This document shows positions 26,292 through 40,778 of a stretch of DNA of 64,000 bases, piece by piece. Below the pieces are notes generated by a model. It had not been told where the DNA came from and made no database searches. It saw nothing but the letters and a program-made list of their open reading frames with translations. The stretch's first letter is position 1; each line of letters opens with the position of its first letter. A program made the position numbers and the translations under genes. Origin of the DNA: Octopus bimaculoides (lineage: Eukaryota); contig NC_068988.1 in assembly GCF_001194135.2 (NCBI RefSeq), positions 90,102,688-90,166,687 on the forward strand, given 5' to 3'.

Positions 26292-26317
26292 CAGATAGAT
26301 AGATAGATCGATATATC

Positions 26318-26372
<55 letters not shown>

Positions 26373-26458
26373 GCAGGTACATATTTATCTATGTATCTGT
26401 GTGTATAGAGAATCAAATGTATACGCGTGCGCGCAAACAGACAAACAGACACACACAC

Positions 26459-26513
<55 letters not shown>

Positions 26514-26536
26514 NNNNNNNNNNNNNNNNNNNNNNN

Positions 26537-26592
<56 letters not shown>
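26292..26592. repeat. (GATA)n, (CA)n, (TA)n and (GA)n microsatellite cluster
   Basis: Direct; includes an N gap. Confidence 0.95.
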
Positions 26593-26595
<3 letters not shown>

Positions 26596-28410
26596 CGAAA
26601 GAAAGTGAAAGTTGAACTGTTGATGTAACAATGGCTCTCTGATGTTATCATTTGCATTAAATTGTGAATATACAATTGTATTTTATATCACCAAACACGT
26701 ATCAATGCAAACGTATACGCATAATTTCTTGTATACTAAAATTAAAACTATATGGAGAAAGTTACGAAATGCCCGTAAATCTACGTCACGTGGTTAGATA
26801 TATATTCACTTCTCATACCTCCGGACATATGTTTATATACCCCTCCGCGAATAATTTTATCACTCCGATTACCAAGATTTTCAGTCACGTGGATACTTTT
26901 CATTGCTTTGCATTGATCACTATGTAGTTAGATAGCCGAGTCCGTACCTGGAGGTCACTATGATAGCTGCGTGACTCTCTGCATCCATATCCTATACTAC
27001 TCATTTATATATTTGTGTGCGTATGACTTTGTGTATGTATGTATATAAAACTGTATTACTACCTTCAGGTGAAAACGCTTGGATATTACAGTGACGTATA
27101 AAACAAAACTGGCGATAGACATACTAAATTCAGTTTAGATTTCACAGATATTCTACATGTGTACAACACTATTCACTCGTTTGTTCGACACAGTTCAACG
27201 TTTCTGTATGTGTTTATATACATTCAATTTCGTGTCGCTGTAGTAGTTGAATTCTGTATCAGCAATACTCCAAGAGACCTCAGAGTACAGACGTTCTAGG
27301 TCAGACATCACTATCAATGTTTTAGACACATTTGGAAAGATTTCATTCTTCAGTGTGTTCTCCTTTGTTTGTGACAGACAATTTACTGAGATTTCTAGAC
27401 GTTTACGTGAGTATATTGGCGTGTATATGTGTGATTTTACATGTGTTTGCAGTTGGACGAATGTCACACTTCTAACCACACAGCCTGATGAAATATATCT
27501 ACGAATAAACATTCACTTGTTTTTTATTCATACATATTTCGTGATGGACCACGTTATCCAATATCATTCTTTTGCACTTTATAGATTTGGCCGTCCATTT
27601 AACTAAGTCATCCGCAAAGTACAACTTCGTATTTGGCTCGTATTTATTTATTTGGTGTGGAGATTGTAAGATTAAAATAATTTATTAATTTATTAACTGT
27701 AACACCTTTAGGGTAACATTTTCATTAGATTCAAACTATATAATTACCAATATAATTCATTTCATTTATTTTTTAACTTTAGGTGAGATTTTTATATTTA
27801 TTACTTTCTATTTATTATCAGGAGAGTCGGTAATAAAACTAGACAATGTTAACCTTGTATTCTTGTCTATTTTACAAACTGACCGAACTCAATTAAATTT
27901 TCTGGCCAACTTATTCAGAGCAGTAAGTAAGAATGGAGGCAAAGGTAAGAGACCTCAAACCAATAGGATCTTGGCCAAACAAATGTTGCCAGAAAATTAA
28001 AAGAAAAAATTGGGAAAAATAAATATAAAGGTATATACAGAAAAATAAATAAAAGTGAACAGCAAAAATCAATCTATTCCCGCCATATTGGAGAGAGAGA
28101 GAGTTGAAAGAGAAACATGGCTTTTTCAGATTAGTGATTAAGAGCTACATATATCAGACAAACGCTATTTTCGTTGCTTATTTCATTGAGATGTCCGTTG
28201 TGTGAGGAAAAAAATGTGAAATCAAAATCAAAATAGAAATGATTTGTTAACAAAACACGAAAGGTAATTTGTAAGACTACATTAGTTTCTTCCTAGAATT
28301 ACTTTGGTAATTATTCGTACAGGTCAAATGGCAAACAATGCAGAGCCATGTATGTATGTATGTATATATGGATTTAAGTATATACTTACACACTAGAAAA
28401 CATACACATA

Positions 28411-28461
<51 letters not shown>

Positions 28462-28624
28462 GTATNNNNNNNNNNNNNNNNNNNNNNNNNNNNNNNNNNN
28501 NNNNNNNNNNNNNNNNNNNNNNNNNNNNNNNNNNNNNNNNNNNNNNNNNNNNNNNNNNNNNNNNNNNNNNNNNNNNNNNNNNNNNNNNNNNNNNNNNNNN
28601 NNNNNNNNNNNNNNNNNNNNNNNN

Positions 28625-28673
<49 letters not shown>

Positions 28674-29096
28674 GTAAGTATGTACATATATTGCTTTCTC
28701 TATTGAAATGGTGGAGCAGATCACGTTATTTGCCTGCGAACGATAACGAAACTATTCCCTCTGCCAGGCATGGCTATCTAAAGTATTAGTGAATGGGATA
28801 GGTAATCAGTGTTATTGATTAGTGTTATACTGTTACTCTTTAGTGTTATACGTATCTATACAAATCTTCTGTATGTGTGTGCTCATGCGTAAATGTATTA
28901 ATGTTGACTATTTACTAAATCTACGTTTAAGTACTACAGGAGGAAATTTATTAATTGTTTCCTCCAGAAAATACCTCGGCTTACTAGCTTTTATGAGATT
29001 GTCAGAGATGTCTTAACGGTCACTATCAATCGTATCCTTGCAACAATTATTATTATGATGTATACACACACACACACACACACACAGACACACACA

Positions 29097-29197
<101 letters not shown>

Positions 29198-30544
29198 ATG
29201 TATATATGTATATGCATGTATTTATATTCATATGTACAGATACCTATGTAAGCCGGAGTCCATGATTGTGGATTTAACTTTAGCTTAATGCAAGTTTGAT
29301 TTGCCTTGAAATTCGAATAGTGATCTACGCGTTGTCGGTCTTTAGAAAACACTGAAGTCCGTAAACAAGGTATGGTGACGTAGGTCTAGTAGACTTGACT
29401 TGTGAAGGTAGGCATTTAAAATTAGGAATTATCCAGGCGCAATAACAAACTTGGGTGCTGAAAAGCCTGCACACGAACACACAAATGCTCGCGGGCTTAC
29501 ACACACATATAAATATATGTGGGTAGGTATACGTATGGGTCTTTATGCGCACAGAAAGAAGCGAATATTTAAAGGCATTCAATCACATGGATGTACAAGA
29601 GTTCCATTCAGGAACATGTATAATGGTTACGATATATGTTGGTATACTCCAAGAATAGTTATAAGGTAAGTCCAAAGCATTGATATTACATAGTAGGTTA
29701 AGGTCAAACACAAGATGGATTAATGTGTGCAAAACATTCCTTTCTGTTCTTTCAGAAATAAGTATATGTTACAATTTTCCGCAAGCTGTCTGCTACAAAC
29801 ATTTTATGGGAAACATGGAAGAAGTGATATATTATTGAGCCTGCAGGAAGAAAGGCACAGTAACTGTGGACAAAAGAACGTGAAAGAAAACAGGTAGATT
29901 GACGTATACAGTAAGTGGAAAATATGCATAAAAAAGTGTCATATATTCATATCAGTAAGGTAAGAGAGTAAAGGGATGCTAAATGGAATGATGGTAGTTC
30001 GGACAGTGTCTACAATTGCAACGGTGAAGTGGTACGGATTTGGAGTTATTAGATCAGCCAGAGTATTTGGAGGCGGCAACGTGTTGTTAGGTGTCTAAAC
30101 TTAGAGGCAAGTTGAATAGGTTACTCAGAGATAATGTGCTTATTCAGAATAAGCAGTAGGTTGAGACAGATGGTCAGTGTAAGAAGGTGCGAGTGAAAGA
30201 GTTATACTACAAAAGAATAATTGAAGTGGGAAATATATGCGGATTTGTGAATTAGTTGAGCAACCTTGTAAGATATTATTAAAGAGTTGAAGTAAATATG
30301 TGTTGAATTAAAGAGTGTTGTGGTTTATATATTATAAGCCATGAGGGCAAGCGTGCGCTTCAGAAATACGCATTTGTTGATTGTTACTAACATATTTAAT
30401 GAATTTAGCGTAATGAAATGAGGATTTAAGCCATTAGTATATGATACTAAATATACAGACACCGTTAGGAGTCTAGGAGTCTCGGAGACTCGTGTTTTGG
30501 AACGCAATATCTATCAGAGTAAGTTGGACATCATGTATATATAG

Positions 30545-30545
<1 letters not shown>

Positions 30546-30620
<75 letters not shown>

Positions 30621-30700
30621 GTGTGTGTGTGTGTGCGTGTGTGCGTGCACGTGTGTGTGTGTGAGTGTCCGTGTATGTGCGTGCGTGTGTGCGTGTGTGC
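30546..30700. repeat. (TG)n microsatellite
   Basis: Direct. Confidence 0.95.
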
Positions 30701-30764
30701 GCCCATGTATATGAATGCATGTACGTATATACATATATGCATATATATATATATAAAGATATAT

Positions 30765-30910
30765 GTATGTTTATGTCCCCGTATCTTAGCAGTTCGGCAC
30801 AAGACGCGAAGAGAATAAGTACTAGGCTTCCAAAGAATAAGTCCTGAGTCGATTTACTCGATTCGCTCCAGCATGGCCGCAGTCAAATGACTGATATAAG
30901 TAAAAGAGTA
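30765..30910 (+). mobile_element. SINE family B 3' half
   Basis: gaataagtactaggcttccaaagaataagtcc...ccagcatggccgcagtcaaatgactga. Confidence 0.85.
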
Positions 30911-31153
30911 AAGGAGTAAAGAGTATATGTATAGTTGAAATTTATAGAAAAATAAAAGACGATGATAGCTGTACGAACAAGAAGCAAATGTATTATTTTG
31001 ATGCTCTTCGACAGGAAGGAATACGAGGAAATAAATAAAGAGAGAATGGAAAAAAGGTGTAGATTTCAGCGATCGAATATGGCTAAACGGATCAAAGAGG
31101 AAAAGGATTGCATCACTGTTAAACGGAATCTGGACAAATACCGAAGAATACCA

Positions 31154-31599
31154 AAGAAGCTTACTTTTCAACCACATGGTTCCGGGTTCAATCCCACTGC
31201 ATGATACCTTGGGCATGTGTCTTTTACTCTAACCTCCGGTCGACCAAAGCCTTGTGATTGGATTTGGTAAATGGGAACTGAAAGAATCCCATCGTATGTA
31301 TGTCTGTGTGTGTTTGTTTGTGTGTGTGTGTATGTGTGTGTATGTGTGTGTGTGTGTGTGTGTGGTGTATGTGTGTACTTATGTGTATGTGTCTGTGCTT
31401 AATCCCGACAATTGCTTGACAACCAATACTGGTGTGTTTAAGTCCCTGTAACTTAGCAGTTCAGCAAAATAAGCCTATTAAATAAGTACTAGGCTTACAA
31501 AAAATAATTCCTGGGTCGATTTCTTCGACCAAAGAAGCTTCTAAGGAGGTGTTTCAGCATGGTCGCAGTCAAATAATTGTAACAAGCAAAGAAATAAAA
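31154..31599 (+). mobile_element. SINE family B
   Basis: caaccacatggttccgggttcaatcccactgc...gcatggtcgcagtcaaat. Confidence 0.88.
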
Positions 31600-31639
31600 C
31601 ATCGGTCCAGTCCATGTCTGACTTAACGGCCTGTAGTCA

Positions 31640-33925
31640 TGGCCTTGGATGAATTTTGAAGCTAATGTTGAGGTCGTTTGGGCACTGCTGGCGGTATATT
31701 CTCCACATCGTGCAAATGAGGCATCGCTCACGGCGGCGCTGGAGAGAACAGAGTCTCAACGCTTTAAGGATTAGCTAAATCTTTTTTACGTCAAGGTTTG
31801 TGGTATCATGGTCCATTCGAGTAAGAAATTTTTGTTGAGTCAGTTGTATTCACGTCGAGGTGGTTTGTGTGGTATTTCTTGAAGAAATTTGTCTAGATTC
31901 CGTTTAAAGTGATGAGATCCTTTCCGTTCTTGATCCGTTCCGGGACAATGTTAAATAGGGCTGGGCCTGATAAAGAAAAGAAGTTGTGTTGCAGTTTATT
32001 TATGTGTTGTGATCCTGAATTGAGTATAGAACGTATGGCCTGTGGTCCTGGCCTTGGATCAATTTTGAAGTTAATGTTGAGGTCGTTTGGTCACTTCTGG
32101 TGGTATATTCTCCACATCATCAAATGATGTATTGCTCCTAGCGGCTCTGGAGACAGTAGTTTTAATGTTTTAAGGCGGTCCCAGTACTCAAGATCATTTA
32201 TTCCCTCAAATCTTTTAGTGAATGTCTGCTGGGGTGATTCAATTTTCTAAATGTTTTGTTTTGTGTGAGGCAGCAGTATTCGAGTTGGGCCGGACGAAGG
32301 AGGAGTAAAGAGGAATGATTGCACCTTGTTCTCTGGACAGGAAAGTTCTTAGGATGCAGGGGCTCATCCTACGAGCTATATCGACCTGAAGTTGTCTACA
32401 ATGACTCCTAGGTCCCTGGTCTTATTAGATGCTGTGAGTGATTCTCCTGAAGGAAGAGAGTATAGATGTTTTAGCATAGTCTTTCTTCCAAATTGCATTA
32501 GCTCAAATTTTCCGTCGTTTAGTTGCATTTTGTTTTTGTCTACCCATTGACTCACATGTAGATCATATTGGAGTTCATTTCGATCTTATCCATTGATAAT
32601 TTGCTGAAGTTTGGAGTCATCAGTGAGTGTTTTATGAAGCTAGAAAGGTCGTGTATATAGAATATAAACAGAAGCGGGCCAAGATAGTCCCCTGAGGGAC
32701 ACCACTAGTGACTTTTTCTGAGCTTGAGTGGATTGCACCTATCACAGCATGGTGTGTTCTGTTCTCCAGGAGATACTCAATCCAGTGTAGTGGTTTTCCA
32801 CGGATTCCAGCATTTGGCAATTTTGACGGCAGGATATTGCGTTCGACTCTGTCCAATGCTTCACTGAGGTCAAGATATATATATGATCCTGATTCCAAGC
32901 CTTTACAGACATCGATGTGGTGTAAAAGCTGTGTTAGATATTCCCTGCCGCAGGGAAAGCCATGCTGGTTTGAATTTAGGGGATTGTGGGTCTCCTTGAT
33001 CTCACCACCCTTTCAAACACTCTGATGGTATGGGAGGTGAGTGAGACTGGGTGATAGATGACTGGGAGGGATTTGTTTCCCTGTTTGAAAATCGGGATGA
33101 GAGGCTGGGATAAGAGTTGCTTCAGTATATAGCCTGAGTTTAAAGAATTTCTCTAGAGGTTGGTTAGAGGGTCTGCAATTTGGTGTCTACATTCCTTCAA
33201 GGCACTTGCGGGGAATCTATCAGGACCTGCAACAGAATAGTATTTGATATCATTAATTGCTGCTATTATGTCTGAAGCAGTAGAGGTTATGTCCGAGACT
33301 ATATGTTGAGGATCGACTTCGTTCACATCCCTTATGTCAATATCAATGGGATCACTAAAGACAGAGCAGTGTTGTTTTTGCAGTACTTCTGCCGTTTCTT
33401 TAGCATCATTTTGGAGAATGCGATTATCATCGATGATTCAACCAACAGGTGAGACTGCAGTTCTATGCTTATTTAGGTTCTGTTTAATTTTTTTTATTAC
33501 CCACAGGCCGTTAGGTCAGACATGGACTGGACCAATGCTGTTGAATGTGGATGCTGTATGTAGGAGTATTTTAATTGGGTGATACTTTTGATACTCCTGA
33601 TGAGTAGTTTTTTTTTCCCTTTGTTGGGAGCCTGTTTCTGATTATGCAAGTGAATTTCGTTGGAGCGTGGTTTGAGCATGTACAGATGACAGTGTCCTCA
33701 AAGTGCTGCCATGTGATTTCAATGTCGGTGGAATAGAGAATGAAGGACCAATCGGTAAAGGACAGATACTATTTTTTTCTGATTGCTTCCCAGTCCGCAT
33801 CATAGAAGTTTATGTTGTCAAATAAGTGCAGAGGAGTGAGATTCACTGGCTTGGTTCTAATATGCCGGAAATTAAATTTGCAGAATATCATGTCGTGGTT
33901 GGCGAGGAGAATCTTTTCAAATGCT
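31640..33925 (-). mobile_element. CR1/L2-group LINE, 5'-truncated, degenerate ORF2 (linker, RT and C-terminus)
   Basis: Minus-frame peptides INFYDADWEAIRK and AEVLQKQHCSVFSDP, plus YLDLSEALDRVERNILPSKLPNAGIRGKPLHWIEYLLENR...VTSGVPQGTIL (RT motifs). Many stops and frameshifts. Confidence 0.9.
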
Positions 33926-34376
33926 GTAAATGGAGGTATATATACACACGCACACGCACGCACATGTATGTATGTATGTATTTATGTATGTATGTATGTA
34001 TGTAGGTAGGTAGGTAGGTATGTATGTATGTATGCATGTATGTATGTATGAATGTATGTATATGTAGCCGCAGCACACAGAAATGCATGCACTAAAACAT
34101 TTTTTAGTACAAAAGTAGCATGTCATCCCTTTTTTACTTTCACGCTTTTTGTTTTTGTTATATATGCCAAATTTAAGTTATGAATACGTACAACGGTATA
34201 TTTTGAGTTAAACTATAATACATAAGCATCTATTATAACAAAAATAGATGCATATAAATACATAGAACAAATCTATTTACCACTTGTGTAAAAATATTAG
34301 ACCTCTTTGTAAATATAAAACATATATATGTTTATGATAAGCTAAAGTTTCGAACCGTTCATCAATATTTTGAAAT

Positions 34377-34419
<43 letters not shown>

Positions 34420-34468
34420 NNNNNNNNNNNNNNNNNNNNNNNNNNNNNNNNNNNNNNNNNNNNNATAT

Positions 34469-34508
<40 letters not shown>

Positions 34509-35083
34509 TTCTGCGTATGTATGATGTGCATGTATGTATATCTATGTGTAAACTTAACCATTTTTATATATGTACGCAAAAATATGTTAATAGTTTGTTT
34601 GTGTTATAAAATGAATAACAAAATTGTTGTTTTTGGGATGTTATTCTTGTGAGTTGGTTTTTTTTTCTAATTTTCTCTTCTAATCTTTTGTACATTATTA
34701 CTACAATATTATATATTATTAACATATAGTCTCACACGTAGTCAATATCATCGAAGGCCTAGACATGATCTTCACACCGATTCACAAATTCACACACACA
34801 CATCAACATTATCAGGAGCTCCATCATGTCACATACAGCCACTACACAATATAGCAACATAACACCATCAGACACACATATGCTTCTCTCATACCCCACT
34901 GTACACTATCTTATACCCACCATTAATATTTCGAGAATAGTTAAATAGATGAGTTCAAATTCCTCTGAAATTTATATTGCATTTTATCCCCCTTCGGGGT
35001 CCATTTAATAAGTAACAGTTTAACACTCCCCAAAATTTCTGACCTTGTACCAAAATTTGCAACCGATATTTCGAGGATACTTT

Positions 35084-35300
35084 AGGCAGCGAGTCGTCAG
35101 AAGCGTTAGCACTCCGGGCAAAATGCTTAGCAATATTTCGTCTGTCATTACGTTTTGAATTTAAATTCCGCTGTGGTCGACGCTGTTTTTCTTCCTTTCT
35201 GATTCTATAAAATAATTAGCAATTGCCCACTGCGATTGATGTAATCGACTAACCCACTATCTCAAAATTGCTGGCCTTGTGTCAAACTGTGAAACCAATA
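35084..35300 (+). mobile_element. SINE family A, preceded by a 3' half-copy at ~34960-35070
   Basis: aggcagcgagtcgtcagaagcgttagcactccgggcaaaatgcttagc...aaattccgctgtggtcgac. Confidence 0.85.
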
Positions 35301-37056
35301 TTTTGAGAACACTACTTCTTTACATTAAATTATACCATCTCAACATCGTCACGCCACAACGACCCTACTGCATTTTCGCAAATATCATTGTTACAAAATA
35401 CCACATAATCGCAACTATCATTGTCACAGTTTCATAGAAACCACAACGCTGTTACTCATCCTGCTAAAGTAAACAGTCAAATAACCTTCAAACTGCACGC
35501 TACCAACCTTCATCAATGAACAATACATTCAACAATATATGCTAGTAAGAAACGGGTAATGAGATGGTCAGAGCCAAAAAGCCTTCGTTTATATTATTAT
35601 AGGTGTGAATCAGCACCGCCCTGAGGCCATATACACAACAGCTAGGATGGTCACGGCTGGAAAGATTTTGAACATATTTGTAGAGTAAAAGATTTGACCT
35701 GGCTATAAAAACCAAAATAAGCAACTCACCACCACTGCTATTATTATCACTCACACAACCCTTACCAACACTAACACGACTAGAGTAATATTATCTCATG
35801 CATATATTGAAACTCCTATCAGCTGTTTACAGTTGATTACCTCCCTTCGTTTCAGATATGCAAATTATAGTCTCCTCTGACTCAAGTTAAAAACATACAT
35901 ATCCTCCTTTCCATTATACAACCCAGAGATAATAAACATTCAAAATGATTATAAAATCTGATAGAGGTCAATTCTCGGTAGACTTTTCTTAACTGATATC
36001 TTAGAAATATTTTGGTCTCCAATCATAGGATTTATATCACTCTCATTTTTTTTTTTATGTTTAAATATATAGGAATTAAATGAGTGTATGTTTTGCATAT
36101 AAAGGATAGTGAGGAATCACCTGATAAATTTATGTATATGAGCTATGTGTGTATTTGAGAGTGGAAGTGCGTATTTAGCTCTTTATGTATATGTGGAGGT
36201 ATTTCAATGAGTATCGATCTGTTTCATTTTACTTTTCTTGTCTTTAATGTGACAAATCTTGCATATTTACAGGGAAGACTTAAAGGAGAAAACAGCAAAT
36301 TTTATCTTTTGCAGTAAATAAATTGCATTCTCTCCGCCTTGCAAATAGGAAAAGAAGACCGTCGACACGAAGAACAGCGAACCATATCGGCTGAAAAGCA
36401 AACTCTGCTATACATGGTTCTTTTCTTTAGCAAGTTGCTTTCGTATTGATTTGACAAAGAGTTGCAGTTTGGGGACCACCGACACACGTGGTCTCGAAAA
36501 TGACCTCTGTGAAAAGATATATCCGTGGGACGGAGCCTTTTACGCAACCATCTCCTTCTTTGCCTTTCGTTAGAGTTTCCCGGTTTACGCCTGAAAAGGC
36601 AAGGTTTGCTATAGAAACGACGTCCTAAACTTGGTGTTACAAATGAAAGAAACAGAAATTCTCGATCAGGAAAACAGTTGTTCCAATCGGATACCTGCCA
36701 CCACTGCTGTGAGAGCCAAGAAACACCAGTCACGAATGGAAAATGGTAGCGTTGTGCTTTCGTTTTCCTTTTTTCTTTCTTTGAGTTGGGCATGGCGAGG
36801 GAAAAGTTCTCTCAAACCTCATATATTCCATAGTGGTATATGTGAAATTCACGGAGGCAGATCCTCAGTGAAATATACACTAATTGTTGAGGATAGTAAT
36901 GGCTCATGAAGACAACGCCACATTGATCAAGGGCAACTGTTTCCAACGAACTTATTTGTTAGTGTGTATGCACGCTATCTTTCGTCTGTATGTGAGAGTG
37001 TTTGTTTGTCTTTGTGTATTTGTATTCGTGTCTGTATATATACATATGTGTGTATG

Positions 37057-37091
<35 letters not shown>

Positions 37092-37150
37092 GTATGTGTG
37101 TGTGTATGTGTGTATGTGTGCGTGCGTGCGTGTGTGTGTATACGGTCTAC

Positions 37151-37551
37151 TCTTTTACTTGCTTCAGTCATTTGACTGCGGCCATGCTGGTGCACCGCCT
37201 TTAGTTGAGCAAATCGACCCCAGGACTCCTTTGTAAGCCTAGTACTTATTATATCGGTCTCTTGAGTCGAACCACTAAGTTACGAGGATGTAAACAACCA
37301 CCATCGGCTGTCAAGCGATACTGGCGGGACAAACACAGACACACAAACATATACACACGCATACATACATATATATATATATATATACGACGGGCTTCTT
37401 TCAGTTTCTATCTACCAAATTCACTCAGAAGGCTTTGGTCGGCCCGAGGCTAAAGTAGAAAACACTTGCCCAAGGTGCCACGCAGTGTGACTGAACCCAG
37501 AACCATGTGGCTCGTAAGCAAGCTACTTACCACACAGCCACACCTGCGCCT
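37151..37551 (-). mobile_element. SINE family B, full length
   Basis: A box TGGCTGTGTGG, B box GGTTCAGTC, CORE-like GGCACCTTGGGCAAGTG, 3' end CCAGCATGGCCGCAGTCAAATGACTGAAG. Confidence 0.92.
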
Positions 37552-39304
37552 ATATGTATAAGCTTAGAGTACGTCTGTGTTTTTGAGTATATATCGACCG
37601 TATTAAGAATAAAGTTCACGAGCAAGAATGGATCTCATATGTATACAAAATGTTTTTACCCTGTTCCTTAATTAAGTAGAAAATATGTCTTAGGTGTACA
37701 AAGAGGTACCATTAGATACGGTAGGCCACTGAGCGATAAATAACATGAATACTGTACACACCGGTTTGTTGTGAATGTAACATTATCATTTATGTATGCG
37801 TAAAGCGTTAAACTTACGAAATTGAAAGACTTAAATATAAATGGGTGTCAATGGAAAAGTAAGGTCCAGCTGGGTCACAATATTTAACACAAAGCAAGAT
37901 ATTCCACTTGGTAAACATATACTCTGAGTGGTGATGTACTTTCATCTTTATTTTGAGAAACACATTCCTTAGGGTTCTAACAATGATTAAGATGTACATA
38001 TTAATATGCACAGTTAGACATTTGTGTTCCGAGTTTACATTTGGCCAAGCTAAGGTGGTAGCATTTTCCAATATATAGAATATGTTTAAAATGTTACAAT
38101 GTTACTTTAATGTTTCATAGACGTCCTCTATTAAATTACATTCACACGACAAAATGTGTCCCTTTGAAATGACGCCGACGTCTGTATTCTTCATACCAAA
38201 TCTAACCTTCCAACAACGAGGTTAATGCACAGACATAGCATGAATATTATATTATTAAACAGGTTCTTCCAATATTTGTAAGGTAGACTGAAGGAAACGA
38301 AGAAGGCCACTATCAGTTAAGTGATAACATTATAGACTATAATTTAATTTTCGTAATGAAAGTGAATTACAGACAACACAGAAAGGTGAATATATAATAT
38401 TTTAATAAATGAAAACAGTTCATTACATTCCTTATGTGGTAGGATTTGTTGTCGTTTCACAATTAAGAATAGATAGATGGAGGTGTAATTTTTTTTTCCT
38501 GTTTGATGTGTCACACTTCGCACTAATATATAGTATCTCGTTAGCTAAATTATCATTATCACAAACCATTTAAATTAGAAATAGTCGCAGTAAAAACACA
38601 CCTATTACTGTCATTAGCCAAGTAGCAGAAACTTAAGTAAGGAGAACAAACAATCATTGCTAGATTCTCAGAACAATTTTTTTACAACATGGGATAAACT
38701 TGGAAACTATGCGGATGACCGCTCGGAAGAAATTATATGCTGAGGTTTTTGAAAGAATCGGATCGGTAATTTCTCCTCCAGTTTCACCTTGTTTAATTCA
38801 TAGCAGTCAATAAAGAAATCATCTTTATCATCATCATCATCATCATTATCGTCGTTGATGTCGTTGTTGTCGTAATCATCATCATATTTATCATTATTAT
38901 CCTTATCATTATCCATGATACGCAAGAATGTGTTACATTCGGACGGAATCAATATCTGTGATGGCTTAGACATCTTACGATCCTTGTTGTTCCCAATAGA
39001 ACAGGTCTCTGAATTAATGCAATTCACGTAGTTACACCAATCTCAATGAGGATATTTCTACGTCCTCAATGAGGATATTTCCATATCTAAAGCAACTAAA
39101 ACAGATGCGATTAGTTTTGTATAAACCTCCGTAGTCTTCGCATTTCCGTAGCTAAACCATGGAATTTTCATATTTTCCTTCTATTCATTGACCAACAAAT
39201 TCATGTCCGCATATATAGGCATATCTATGATGACGTTTCTTATTTTAACATGTCGAAAACGATTACATCTGATCGCCTTCCTTCAACTTCATGAACAGTT
39301 TGTA

Positions 39305-39884
<580 letters not shown>

Positions 39885-40110
39885 TTGAGGGAGAGGGCAG
39901 CGCATGTCATCAAAGTGACACGGGTATAAATATACGAAGCCAAATATATACCCATTATAACTACCGTCTGATAAGGGTACACGAGTCGCATGCAACACAG
40001 CAATATATGCATGACATGGTGACCTTATATCAAGACTAACAGTGCATGATCTTGCGATGGGGCCCAGTTAGAGGATTCTCCTGCTCTAGTAGCTTATCCC
40101 AATTAAAAGG
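39885..40110 (-). mobile_element. Retroelement 3' segment with (AAT)n tail (family E)
   Basis: Diverged reverse complement of 61165-61400. Confidence 0.7.
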
Positions 40111-40323
40111 ACCCTGTATATGTTTTGATGATGGGTGGACAACAAAACACCCATTTTTCCACAGCTGAATTATTTAAACCCCAAATATTTCCTTTCAATA
40201 ATGACTTTTGCTCGTGAACAGAGATGCACATATCGTCAGCCACTAACGGAATGTTCAACTGTTTATGGTTAAAGAACTGACAAGCAAATCTGTGGTAGTG
40301 GGCATAATATTTGTTATTTTCCA

Positions 40324-40452
<129 letters not shown>

Positions 40453-40705
40453 GATGCCGTTTCCAAATTGTTCGCTGAGTGAATTGCTTAATGGTGCTGA
40501 CTGTACTATACTGTGTAGTCGACAAAATCGAAAGCAAATAATGCACATGTGCAAAATTCAAAACATATAAGGTGACTATCTTCCCACTGTGAGCTGTATA
40601 TATATATATATACACACACACACATATACACACACATATATATATCTATACATACCTCTATATTAATATATCTATATGTATACGTGCATGTATATNNNNN
40701 NNNNN

Positions 40706-40778
<73 letters not shown>

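Noticed and set aside
29612-29665. 54-nt exon candidate (NMYNGYDICWYTPRIVI) with a gtaagt donor
   Set aside because: Weak acceptor, no recognisable homology and no compatible partner exon identified.
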